Source: Lingula anatina (Eukaryota; Animalia; Brachiopoda). Taken from it: a DNA stretch of 64,000 nt. The notes below the pieces were generated by a model, which worked only from the letters and a program-made list of their open reading frames with translations, was not told the origin of the DNA and did not search any database. The stretch lies in contig CM120645.1 of the NCBI GenBank assembly GCA_051362555.1, positions 8,308,001 through 8,372,000 on the forward strand, written 5' to 3'. Below are positions 13,411 through 25,233 of this stretch, one piece after another (position 1 is the first letter of the stretch; the number at the start of each line of letters is the position of its first letter). Made by a program: the position numbers and the translations under genes.

Positions 13411-14398
13411 ATAAAATGTTCTTATGCAAATCCGCCAAAGTGGGTTAAAGCCCCCGTCACACTTATTCGGAATCAGCAGGAATCAAGCAGAACCAGCCAG
13501 AATAACTAAATTTAAAAATTCGTACTACATTCGGGAAGAAATTTCAAATTGACCTAAATTCTTGTAAGGATGCCGTTGGAATGCGTTTGAATCCGCCTGT
13601 GAAATGATTCGTGCACATTTTGGCTGTATTAGCTCTCAAATGCAGCTCGAATGTAGTTGGAAAACTCTAGAAACTAATTGTATCATTAAATTTAATTTAA
13701 TCTCCAAGTCTGTAGTTTATAGTTATAAACTGTACAGTTAGAAGTGACCAATGAGACTGAAGGGGGCCACCCCTCACCTCTGATGTGGCAGTAAATGACC
13801 ATTGAGAATGGAGGGGGTGACCCCTCACCTCTGGTGTGGCATTAGTGAGGTAACAAGTGAGGTAACAAGTTTGCTTTCTTAAGTCAGTCTTGAACCAGAC
13901 ACGAAGCTGTGAACATTGTGTTTGTTAGAAAATCTCTAAAAATGAACTCTATTATAGTAACCCCAAAATTTGAGTGGTGGTAATACTGATGATAACGTCT
14001 TACAGGTGCCTTAATGAAGAAATCGGAACGTATGGAGAACGACTTGGTACTGGCCTTACGTACTCTTTACACCATCTCTTTGACGACGTAAGTTGCTGAT
14101 TTTCACCTTCACTGCACCTTAACGCGTTCAATTCTCTATCTATTGCAATTACGTGAGTGACTAAAAACAAGCAACTTGAAAATCAAAGACAGCTTTATGG
14201 ATATCGCAATGAAGAGTTTTCAGTAAGGAATACATTGGTGATGAAAGGAGAGGTGTTTTTAAAAATTTCCAAGAAAATTAAATATTGTACCCATTGTTTG
14301 ACTTACAGGTTGTTTACATGTGACGTCCACACGAAGTACAGACGTGAGTAATCAATTTCAAATAGACGTTGTACAAGCAAAGAACAGAAGGACAAAAT

Positions 14399-16486
14399 AT
14401 GCCTTTGGAGACCACATGGTACAAAGCATTTTGCGTCAAATGCAGTGCCTCGGCGTTCCAAATTATAGGGAAGCCGAAGGGATTCATGTTCTTAATCGCA
14501 ATGACTGCGTTCTTGGTCTTCCTATTTCTTAACCTGAAGATGGAGTCACTGCATCACACAAAACGGATAACGTTGAAGGATTTTTCGGATTTTATAAACG
14601 GTTCAGGTGAGTTGTTTTACAATACATCTATTTGCAGTCGTTTATATTTCTCTCTGTCTAAATAGCCAATGGTGTTTAGAACTTCTCGTCTGATTTTGTC
14701 AATTGTCAACCGTTGTATGGGCATCTGGTGGCTTTTCTATTTTTAAGTTTCCATTATTCAGAAAAGTCAATTTGCACACGTTAGTGAATTGAAGTGTTTT
14801 AGTCACAAATAAGCCAGTTACGCGAGCCAGTTACTTCCAAAGCTGTAATTAATTCTCGGCGCTGCCAGTAATTACGCCGCGGGGTATTCAGGGCACACAC
14901 CGTGATCACAAGATACCGTAAATAGATTTTTAGAAAATAGATTTTTCATGTGAACGCAGCCTTAGTGTAATGAAGCTCTCTGATCACAAATGGGTTGAAC
15001 AACTCATTAGTTCATCTCTATTTTATAAGTTAAAACTAAAGTTTAATCAGAATTGAGCAGCCTTACACCGCCTACAACAGAAGATTAATTTTTTTACTTG
15101 AGAACTAATCCTGTTGTATATGTAATTGTAAATAATATAAATGTAATGTTAATATGTTCGTATTTTAGAAAACAGAAGCACAACAAATATGGTTCCGCCA
15201 ACACGGGGAGGACACGAGGCCAAATTCTCAAAGAATATTAATATCTCGACAGACTGTTCATATTTTATAAACGGTTTAGGTGAGATGTTTAACAATGCAT
15301 TTAATTTCATTAATTCATATCTTTCTCTGTCCAAACTATGTTAAGAACTTCTGGCCTAATTTTTTCAACTGTCAACCGTTGTTTATTTTATCATGAATTT
15401 TTTATCAAGATCAACTGCCTGACATCTCCTACGCAGGAGATCTATTCTTAAGAAGAAAAACAGTTCTAAAATGGTTAAGATTTACCCATTTTAGAAAGAA
15501 GAAGAATGATAAATTTAGTTCCGCCTACATGGGAAGAACTGGAGGCCAAATTCTCAAAAACCGGGATAAAACTCGGAGGTCAGTGGAAGCCGAAAAACTG
15601 CACAGCTCAAACGCACGTGGCCATCATTATACCCTTTCGTGACCGCGACGCACACTTAAGAATCTTCCTGAACAACATGCACCCATTTTTCCAGAAGCAA
15701 AAACTGGACTATCGAATCTATATAGTTGAACAGGTAGGCCTGCTCAAGAGGATTGAAGAGCACGATTCTCTTCTTTTTCTTATTTACAAAACTGGCTTTT
15801 GATACCTGTACCTTGGCTGTCGGCTGTTCCTGGGAAGCCACCAAGCCAGTCCCTTCAAAAACGTCAAGGTCAAATTAGCTTTATTACCGGTAATATAGGC
15901 CGTCCTATTGGTTAAAAGGTAGGCCTATAAAGTTCGTCAAGAACAAAGAGCTATTCTTTTTATCCCAACTTATGAAAAATCGGCTTTTAGACTATTTTAA
16001 TCTAAACCTATAAACACGATAAATAACATTCGCAATTATGGAAATGGTTTGAAACGATAGTTAGGGACAAGTTATAAACCGTTGGGGTATATTGTGATGG
16101 ACTGACTTTATCAGCATACCAGCTTTAGTTGCCTTCCTTATTGATGCCGTATTCAATATAACTCATTTAGAAAGACTTCAATCATTCCCTACATAATTTT
16201 ACTTGTAGAAAGCTGATACTTTATTCAACCGAGGTCTACTAATGAACATAGGATTTGTTGAGTCAGCTAAAATAGACAGAGATTCGTACGACTGTTTCGC
16301 CCTTCACGACGTCGACTTGATAGCAGAAAACGAGTGGAATTTCTACAACTGCGCAGAAAAAGTGAAACACATGTCATCCAACGTTGATAAGTTCAAAAAA
16401 GGGTAAATCTTGCAAACATTGCTTGTGTGTCTTGGTGCATGTGCATGTTTGTGCATGTAAATAAACGCGCGTGCGTGTGTGTGTGC

Positions 16487-16524
<38 letters not shown>

Positions 16525-17041
16525 AGAGATGGTTTTGTTGTTGAATAAAAAGTAAAAGTTTTCCCTGCTGTATCTTCCAATTGTACTTCAAATGTGAGTG
16601 CATTTCACGCACTTGATACAATTTGCATTCCTTTGTAGTGTTGCATTTTTATCTACCACAACACAGTTTGGCTTTACACATGATACTCATAGATTAAATC
16701 AATTTTTTACAAATCATGCGAACTCCACACCAAATTTTATCAGCCATGCACCTTTGCTTACTCAGACCTGAGCCCCAATTATTTTGCAGGATTCCCTACA
16801 AGGAATACATTGGAGGAGTGACCATGTTTACTAAATTACAATATCGTCAGGTGAACGGCTTTTCAAACACGTATTTTGGGTGGGGAGGCGAGGACGATGA
16901 CCTTTATGAAAGGTATTTGTTTTCCTATTGATACGTCAATATGTATCTTATGTCGTCATGAGATAGTGACGTCATTCTCCAGTTTGTTGGGAACGGCGTC
17001 GTGTAAAATTGCGTCATTGTTCAAAAGCAAGTTTTATATAT

Positions 17042-17084
<43 letters not shown>

Positions 17085-20000
17085 GCATTATTGATTATTA
17101 TTATGATCGAGGGTGAGAGGGGGGTTGCTAACTCACCATCAATTCTTATGCTTATAGGAATTACACAGATAGAAAACCGTTTCGATGGTCAATTTTTAAC
17201 GTTTTTCAAGGTTGGATATCCATTATTTAAGTGATAGAATGTATCTAATATTTGCAAACAGTTGGGTCAAAGAACTTCTTTGATTCGGGCAATATTAAAC
17301 CGTTTTTAATTTGCATCTAGATAATCTCTTCCCTTCGCTGCCAAGGAGGAGCACTCATAACTTATGAAGATTAATATTTATATAGGATTTAATAAAACTT
17401 TTTTTTTGGGGGGGGGGGGAGTGAGGGTCTGCCCGTAAATATATCTTTCTTAAAAAGCACATCAATAAAATGTAAATAAAATACAAATAATATCCATAGA
17501 TAAACCAATTGATTTACAGAATCGTCAAAAATAAGACGGAGGAAATTACCAGAGTACCCCTTGATATTGGGCGGTACAGAATGATAAAACACAAGACGGA
17601 GTCTGGCAATCCACTAAATCCGCTCAGGTAAGGTTGTGTTAAATTAGACTGTGAGTGCAAGAGAGAGAGAGAGAGAGAATATGATTTTTCTCACTTACTT
17701 TATCCATTTTCGTCTTATTTGTCCCAATTTTGACTGATTGGACGTATGCGAAGGAAATGAAATAAAAGCAGTTTTTAAACAGCGTATCCCTCTCACTAAA
17801 GCCCCCTTTACACTGGACGGCGTCCTTTCTGCGTCCAGCAGTACGGCCCAATTTGAGAGTTAAAAAAAATTATAATACTTTACGTGCCGACAACTGGCCG
17901 ATCATTGAGCATTCATTCTGATACAAAATCAATGCTCGTGCCTCTTTATTAAGACCACAGCGATGTCAAATTTCATGGTCGCAGAAAGGACGCCGTCTAG
18001 TGTAAAGGGGGTATAAGGAGCCTCACAGTGAAAGATATATCAATGGTCACGCTTGGTAGATCAATTAGGCTTGGTGTTCTAATCCTCATATCTCCAGTCA
18101 ACACGATGATCGGTTGCCTAGTACGTTATGCAACAGTAAAATTAAATCCATAGTACCCTTGTAGCAAAGTACATAAATGCGGTAGGGTGACTTTTTTTGC
18201 TAGGGGAGTATACTAATAAGACCAACGGCCCAACTTATGATTTATTTGTTATATTTTTATTTTTTCATTTATTATTATTATTTTGAAAGTATATCTCTTT
18301 GGGGAAATTCCCCCAGCCATCCGCCTAACCAATCTATTTTGTCACAGCACAAGTTTTGTAATTTTTGAATGAATAAATCTGATTTTTTTCTCAGATATAC
18401 GTTACTCTGGCCTGCAATGAAACGTTGGAAAGTGGATGGGCTAAGTAGTCTTGAAGGGACTTACAGTGTGTTAAAGACCGACGAGTTCCTACTGTACACG
18501 AGAATATACGTGGATGTCGATCCACATGCCGTTTACACAAACATTAAGGTATGCCGTCAAATGAAATTGTCTTGAATGTCTTAAACATTTTTGCCGTATT
18601 TCCACCTTGTGAAAGTCTAAGACCCCATTCCCACAGATTTTAGATCGATCTATCCCTGTGGGGAGTCTCGCTAGGTTACTGTCAGCTTACCCGGCTTAAG
18701 CGTCTGTCCCGCCTACTAAAAGCTGTAAGGGAGTAATAAACTACCGTGCACCCTCGGCTGACATCAATTTCGCGTGAACCCCCAGGGAGTTAGTTCGAAC
18801 TAGATGGATCGATCTAAATCTATGGGAATGCACTTTATCACCCCATTTCCATAGAATTTTAGATCGATCTATCCCTGTGGGGAGTCTCACTAGATTACTG
18901 TCAGCTTGGCCGGCTTAAGCGTCTGTCCCGCCTACTAAAAGCTGTAAGGGGGTAATTAACTATGGTGTCCGCTCGGCTGACTGCAATTTAGCCTGAACCC
19001 CCAGGGAGTTAGGTCGATCTAAAACTTAATCTTTAGATCGATCTTAATCTCTGGGAAAGCACCCCACAGGGATAGATCTATCTAAAAAATCTATGGAAAT
19101 GGGGTGTAAGACAGATATGATGTTGTTTGCAACGTACTTGTACAATCACTTGCATTTCTGTACTCTACTCAATGCCAAGAGGAGACGCGTTACTATGTTT
19201 TAATAATATGTTTTAATATGTAATCAGTTTGCATTCAACGAGAGTCCCCGCGAAGTTGAATCAATCTACGTAGAATGATCGTTTCATTGGGAATGAGCCC
19301 TTAAAGATTTCCAAAGACCCAACATTGAAGGGGGGGTCCGAAACTTGCTCTCCTAGCGGTCAAAAGTCCTGTTAAAGAGCTTTTGACTTTCGTTTCTTCT
19401 ACATTTTAGGGAAAAGTTTTAAGTCCAAGGGAATTACAACGACTGCTAAAATGGAGCAAGGAGGTGAGATTTTTTATACAAGTAGGATGTTAAAAAATAC
19501 AATTATAAGCATGGCAAACTTCATGAATTTCCATATTTTAAAGTTCGCTGATCCCCGTGGTACATTGTGTATGCACCGGGGTATAATGGACTTAGGTCAG
19601 ATAATGTCTCAATTCATTATTTAGCAGACACAGTTTGGAACCGATTTGCAAGAAAGTTATGTAGCCAACGACCTAGTCCCGGTGTAACAGGAATGGAAGT
19701 CCGGGCTCCCATATGATTAGTACATATTAGGGTTAGTTGGAGTATTGGGGTTAGTATATGGGACGAATGTCAACTGGACAAAATAATGGAAAGCGGACTA
19801 CGGTTCCTAGCGGACTTGCATTCCTGTTACACCCGAGATTTCAATGTGAAAGTATTCATGAAAGAATTAAAATGTATGTTTCTAAAATAATAATTTATTA
19901 TAAAATGGTCAAACAAGAAAAATTTACCAAGGTGGAATATTCTAACACATTTTATACACATAAAAGAAAATAATAATGTATATAGAAGAATAATCTTGGA

Positions 20001-22208
20001 CAAGCATATAATACAAAGGATTTGCATATAACAATAGTGTGTGAAATAGCATGATTTTTTTTTCGAATCGATTTAGAATAAGGTGTGAAAGTATATGCGA
20101 AAGTCCAATTAAGAATATGAAATTTGATACCATTGAATTTGTCTTTCTGGTATTAATAAGTTATTTATTACAAACTTTTATCCATATACTGAAATTGTGG
20201 ATGTAGTTGACACTGGCAGCACCCTTATCTCATGTTTCAGTTATGCGGATGTAAAAATGGCGGAGTTTGTGTGGTGAATAAAAGGAGTAAACAGAGAACA
20301 TGTACCTGTCCTTACCCATACGGCGGATTACACTGTGAACGGAACTGTAAGTTATGTCTAGAAACATTGATGAATTGAAAGAAACTCTGAAATTACAAGC
20401 AACAATTTTAGTAACTTTACTTTCAAAATCCAAATATCCCAACTGTTTTTTTCCCTAAAATGAAACTAAAAATTCTTATCATAATCACTGTGGCCTCATC
20501 TGCTTTTTATTTTTAAAAAGAAACGTTTTGTTGGGTATTCTACATAAGTGTATAAGTGCGATCGGAATTTGGACATAGTGCTAGATCCATTTTGTCATGG
20601 AGTCGAATTCATGACAATAATTAAGCTATGACTCATGAGTAAAGAAAAGAGGAGATATATGACTATAAAGTAGAAACATTGAGTATTGATCATCATTTAT
20701 TTATATCATGAGATTAGTATTAATTTTTATCATAAGTGACTTGCCCACGGCAGTTTGAGGTAATGTTCGAGACAAGTTGCTACAGTTTCAATATGACATT
20801 GGACGGCTCCTTCTACAAGGCTAAGAAGAGCTGTGAGTCAATGGGAGCAAGACTAGTCGCCGTGAATGACGAAAAGGAGCACAGGTTTATTACACAGTTC
20901 CTTGCCGCTGATGCAGGTAAGTAACACTCCATTCCTATGCCTAAATTGATCTAGCAGGATCGACCCATCTCCGAGGGGTTTCTTGCTGAATTGCACTCAT
21001 TGCTCTGATGTCTGGCACGCCTACTGAAGCTGTTAGTGGATAATTAACTATCGTTTAGCAGCTTCAGTAGGCGAGCCTGACATCTACGACGATTGAGCTT
21101 AATGTAATTTAGCGAGAATCCCCTCGTAGATGGGTCGATCTTGCTAGATCGATCTAGGTATGGGAATGGGGTCTAAAATTTAACATGCATGTGTATTACA
21201 CATGTTACCTAGCGTCGCAAACAACTTCACATAGTGACGTTGCCAACAAGAACGAAACACTGTGCACATGCATTACATACTTGATTTTTCCGAAATAGTC
21301 TGAAGTCTCATTTTTGTTGTTAATTGTGTGTATGTACATGTAGCCATCTTGCAATATACATGTATACACATATCGTCTCCAGTAAAGCGATACTAGTTGT
21401 TCCGTGACGTACGTGTGTTTCATTGAACTTCAGCTCGATCCGACCGTTGCTGGTGGACATCAGCCACAGATGAAGCCTCTGAAGGTACCTGGGTATTGTC
21501 CGGATGGGGGAACATCCCAGCAAGGTTCACTGCGTGGTATCCAGGTAAACAGCGCACGTTTTCCGTTAGTAAAATTGAGTATACTTTGTTAATCAAAGTT
21601 TGCTTTCTATTTTTATCTTAAATATTTGGTAAGACCATCCTACATGCCTTCTGTGTTATTTAAGTGTATCATAGTATGGCAAGACACGGGTCAGGTTAAG
21701 AAGGTGTTGGCTGTGGTGTACTGGCAATAATCATTTAGACAAGTAGGGCCTAGTGGCACTACTGAGAACTGACGCAATGGTATAGGCCCTACGTCTGCTT
21801 TCATTATTTAGAGCGAACTTCATTAATCGACTGCATGATGTATTCCGCTGTAGAACGATCACGTGCCAGGTTACTAACAGATTAAAAAAAAACGCTCAGT
21901 AATGGTTGTGTTACTGCACTTATTCTCAGCGTTTACCTCACTACGCATGCGCACAGGTCCATACAGCTGCAATAAAATGCCATCGCTTCAAACATTTCTA
22001 AACCGGACCCTATATCGTGTATGAATTAAGTACGCCCGCAATGACTTAATGTCTTACAAGTAACTTTGTTATATTCTTTCTGTCAGGTGAGCCAAATAAC
22101 AAAGGAGGCAATGAAGACTGTGCGAGGTACAACAGGGGAAGACGAAATTGGGAGGATGCCCCATGCTTGCAGACTTGCAACTTTATATGTGAAACAAACG
22201 CGATTTAG
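14399..22208 (+). CDS. GT7 beta-1,4-galactosyltransferase-like protein with C-terminal EGF-like and C-type lectin domains, copy 1 (569 aa)
   Basis: Exons 14399-14606, 15169-15279, 15495-15733, 16209-16402, 16790-16912, 17520-17627, 18395-18548, 19410-19463, 20241-20346, 20737-20916, 21434-21544, 22087-22208 sum to 1710 nt, open, all GT-AG. N-terminal TM segment; motifs VAIIIPFRDR, FNRGLLMNIG, HDVD, GWGGEDDD, YRMIKH, DGLSSL; EGF CGCKNGGVC..CTCPYPYGGLHCE; CTLD with EPN..EDCA..WED..C..FICE. Confidence 0.85.
17800..18013. mobile_element. Harbinger-like MITE
   Basis: TIRs ccccctttacactggacggcgtcctttctgcg / cgcagaaaggacgccgtctagtgtaaaggggg with TAA flanks. Confidence 0.75.
18621..19106 (-). mobile_element. 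Two adjacent family A MITEs plus an extra terminal fragment
   Basis: 18621-18834 and 18839-19064 match family A in reverse. 19065-19106 repeats a terminus and ends at TAA. Confidence 0.75.
19679..19835. mobile_element. MITE with tgtaacaggaat TIRs and CCGG flanks
   Basis: ccggtgtaacaggaatggaagtcc ... ttcctgttacacc. Related copies at about 5565-5730 and 58109-58279. Confidence 0.7.
20925..21173. mobile_element. Fully palindromic Tourist-like MITE
   Basis: TAA on both sides and arms complementary along most of the length. It sits 8 nt into the intron after the first lectin exon and is absent from copy 2. Confidence 0.8.
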
Positions 22209-22411
22209 ATAACGGCTAGTATTAAAATAACGCAAAAAAATGGAGAGGGGTGGTACCGGTATTAATAAAGCTTGGGAATTCCCCTTTCACCGTCCATTGG
22301 AAGTGGAAATAACCTGCTCGTATTAAATTATTTTATAGCAGCCGTCCTAAGTATTTTTCTGCAAACATGGCCATGTCTTTATACATATACAGTATACAGA
22401 AGTCCGATTGC

Positions 22412-22444
<33 letters not shown>

Positions 22445-23294
22445 TTAAGCCACGAATATTCACGGATATTCTTTTCTTGTGAAGATCTTGATTTTAAGCC
22501 ATGTTTATAGTTAATAACTTCTGCAGTCGAGTGTGATGCCTGAATATGACATAATTGGCGTCCTTCGGATTCAGCCTTAACTGAAATCTAAGGCGTTATT
22601 GTGTGAAGAAGAAAGGGGAAAGCTTTACAAATATATAAAATCTAATAAAGATTATATCTGCTCAGGGATATTATAATAAATAGCTGATAGTTTTACACAT
22701 TTTAAAGAATATAATGGCCAAGGTTAGTATTACCATTAGCCATTTTGTGCAATGTATTATGGTCAATAATATAGTGATATTGTACAATTTTCTTATACGT
22801 CATTTCTATGTTTTATATCTGTTATTTGTAAACTGTCTCTATTTATTATTATCATCAGTAGTTCTAATGTGCAATCTCAGTGTGTAGCATTTCCCAATTA
22901 GTATAGGTGTATTACATTTATAACTGTTAAAAGTCCAAAATGAATACTAGGCATTTTGGGATGGGAAAGGGAGGGCTTCAGTGGACCCTGGCGGACCCTT
23001 TGCTGCCGTAACGCAATTGAGGGTTCGTTTATATAATTATAATGGTTAGGGTTAGCCTGACCTAAGTGTGTCGAAATCTAGGGCGAGACTTACCCTCTAC
23101 CAGGGTCTCAGTTATAATTGTGGACATTTTTTGCTGAATCGACATCAGACCAAAATGACTGTCTATTTATCTAGAGACTTATATCCGTGAGTATCTGTGA
23201 AAAATCAATCTGTCGTCCTGGTAGAGGGTAGGCGAGGTTTAAATGTACAAATGAATGCGAAGCGCAGTCTCTAATGGAGGTCTCTGTCACACGG

Positions 23295-23690
23295 TGTCGG
23301 GTCCGACATAAAGATCATACGAAGTCGTATGACGTAATGTCTTGTAGTCTAATAGCTCTTGAGTAATGCGGCGGTCTCTGTGTATGACGCCGAAGTAAAG
23401 GAATTAATTATACAATTAAAGGTAGTTGAAGTTTGCGTCATGGACCATACATGTAGATAAGGAATAAGGATATAAGCAATACCTTGAGAGATATACGGGA
23501 GACAGCTGGGGAGACAGGTAGAAGGAAGCAGCGAGGAAGGAGATTGGAGGCGACGGAGTACGGAGCTGACAAGTTAAGAGTAGGTGGCTTCACTTAGAAT
23601 ATGTAGTTACCTAGCGTCAACGAATAAATCATTTAACTGGTCATTATGTGGACTTGGGTTTTCTTTGCGCGACCTTACGTAAATCTGACA
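23295..23690 (+). mobile_element. Possible solo LTR
   Basis: TGTC...GACA ends, a TATA-like tataag, a purine-rich tract and AATAAA near 23623. No convincing target duplication. Confidence 0.3.
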
Positions 23691-24269
23691 CGAACCGTGG
23701 AATCTTTGGATTGCGTTATCCACTAAGTTAGTCTAAAACGTAATGTCCTATTTCGAGCCCACGCTTGAATTAAGCGTACAAAATTATTTAAGTTTAGGGC
23801 ATTCATCATAGGCATATGTAAAAGGTTCATTACAACGGGCTTAAAGGGCGGTTCGTTCAACCCTCCCCCCTCCAAAAAGAAACAAAAAAAACGTACCCTT
23901 CTCCCGGGCCTGATGCAACTAAGCAAGTCCTTGTATAATTATAATGCTGATAATCATTGCATTGTAATGTGCTGTGTGTAGCTTAATTGTATTGCTGGAC
24001 GTGTAAATACATTGTATGAATAAACTCGTATTTATTTTTAGAAAAAAAGGTCAACAATATGCCTTGTACTCAAAAAGTACAGGTACTTCAAAATCATATC
24101 AACATGATGCCATGAGCAAAACCTTTTGGCTGTTGGTTTTAAAATACCCACGTGATTGTGTTTATGAATATGCAACAGCAGGTATAAAAAGGGGAAATCG
24201 CACTTCTGCTATCTGAACTAAGTCGATGTTTTTATGTAGTCGCCAGTGTCGGCCAGCGCACAGTTAAAC

Positions 24270-25149
24270 ATGGAAAAGGGAAATGAACCAGCGCTGTACA
24301 AAGCTTTCCTCGTGGCTTTCGTTTTGATCGAAGTTGGCCTCTTCAGCGTGTGTGTGCAGGGGTGGCCGTCGCTGGTCTACATCTTCAGGGATACAGGGTT
24401 TTACGCAAATCTCTGCGACAACGACACTCTCACATATTCGCCCGACATGAACGCAACAGCGTCCAGCGATTCAGTATACGATCACCTAACAGAGATTGGA
24501 TGTGCCCCACAACAAGAAATGTTGAATCTAGTATACACGGTGGCGTCTGTAGCGTTAGTTTTTACCTCAGTTCTGGGGCATATATATGATCACTGCGGAA
24601 CATGGTTCGTTCGAGGGATATGTATGTAAGTCCTGCACGTTTTAATGTGTGTAACTGTGTGTATTTGTGAGTGCATTGTGAGTTCAAAATGAAAAGAAAG
24701 GATGAAGCAATTTTATGCTATTAATGTCATATAAATCAAGCAGCTGCCAGTGCAGTAGTGAATGCTTAATTTTACGCACGTCTTCATGTACGCTCCGTTC
24801 GGTCAGGCCAGATGCCCAAAGACATGCCCGTTTAACCGGTTGGGATCAATACTACATGTAGCTCATCCTTACTTTTTTTTCCAATGCGAACGCTCAGCTA
24901 TGGATATTTAATCCAAAGTGTGTGTTTCATTTGATTTACATACTAAGTGCTTTAAGTACGTGTGACCTAGCGTATAATGCAGGTCTATTAGTTTGTTTTA
25001 TATGGATGTATTAAGCAATATCAATACACCGGCAGATCCAGGACTTTATTAAAGGGGTCAAAATCCCAAAAATATGTTCAGTTGTACCAACGGTGAGGCT
25101 AGATGGGGACAATTTATTATGCAATGTACATAAGAATGGAAAAAGTTCT

Positions 25150-25233
<84 letters not shown>

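Noticed and set aside
21404-21433. Apparent TGA upstream of the second lectin exon suggesting copy 1 is a pseudogene
   Set aside because: It lies before the acceptor AG at 21432-21433, in a region with non-triplet indels between paralogs, so it is intronic.
20241-22208. Stand-alone EGF/C-type lectin (perlucin-like) gene
   Set aside because: No start or signal exon was found, and the phases connect to the upstream GT7 exons in both complete copies, so it is treated as part of the fusion.
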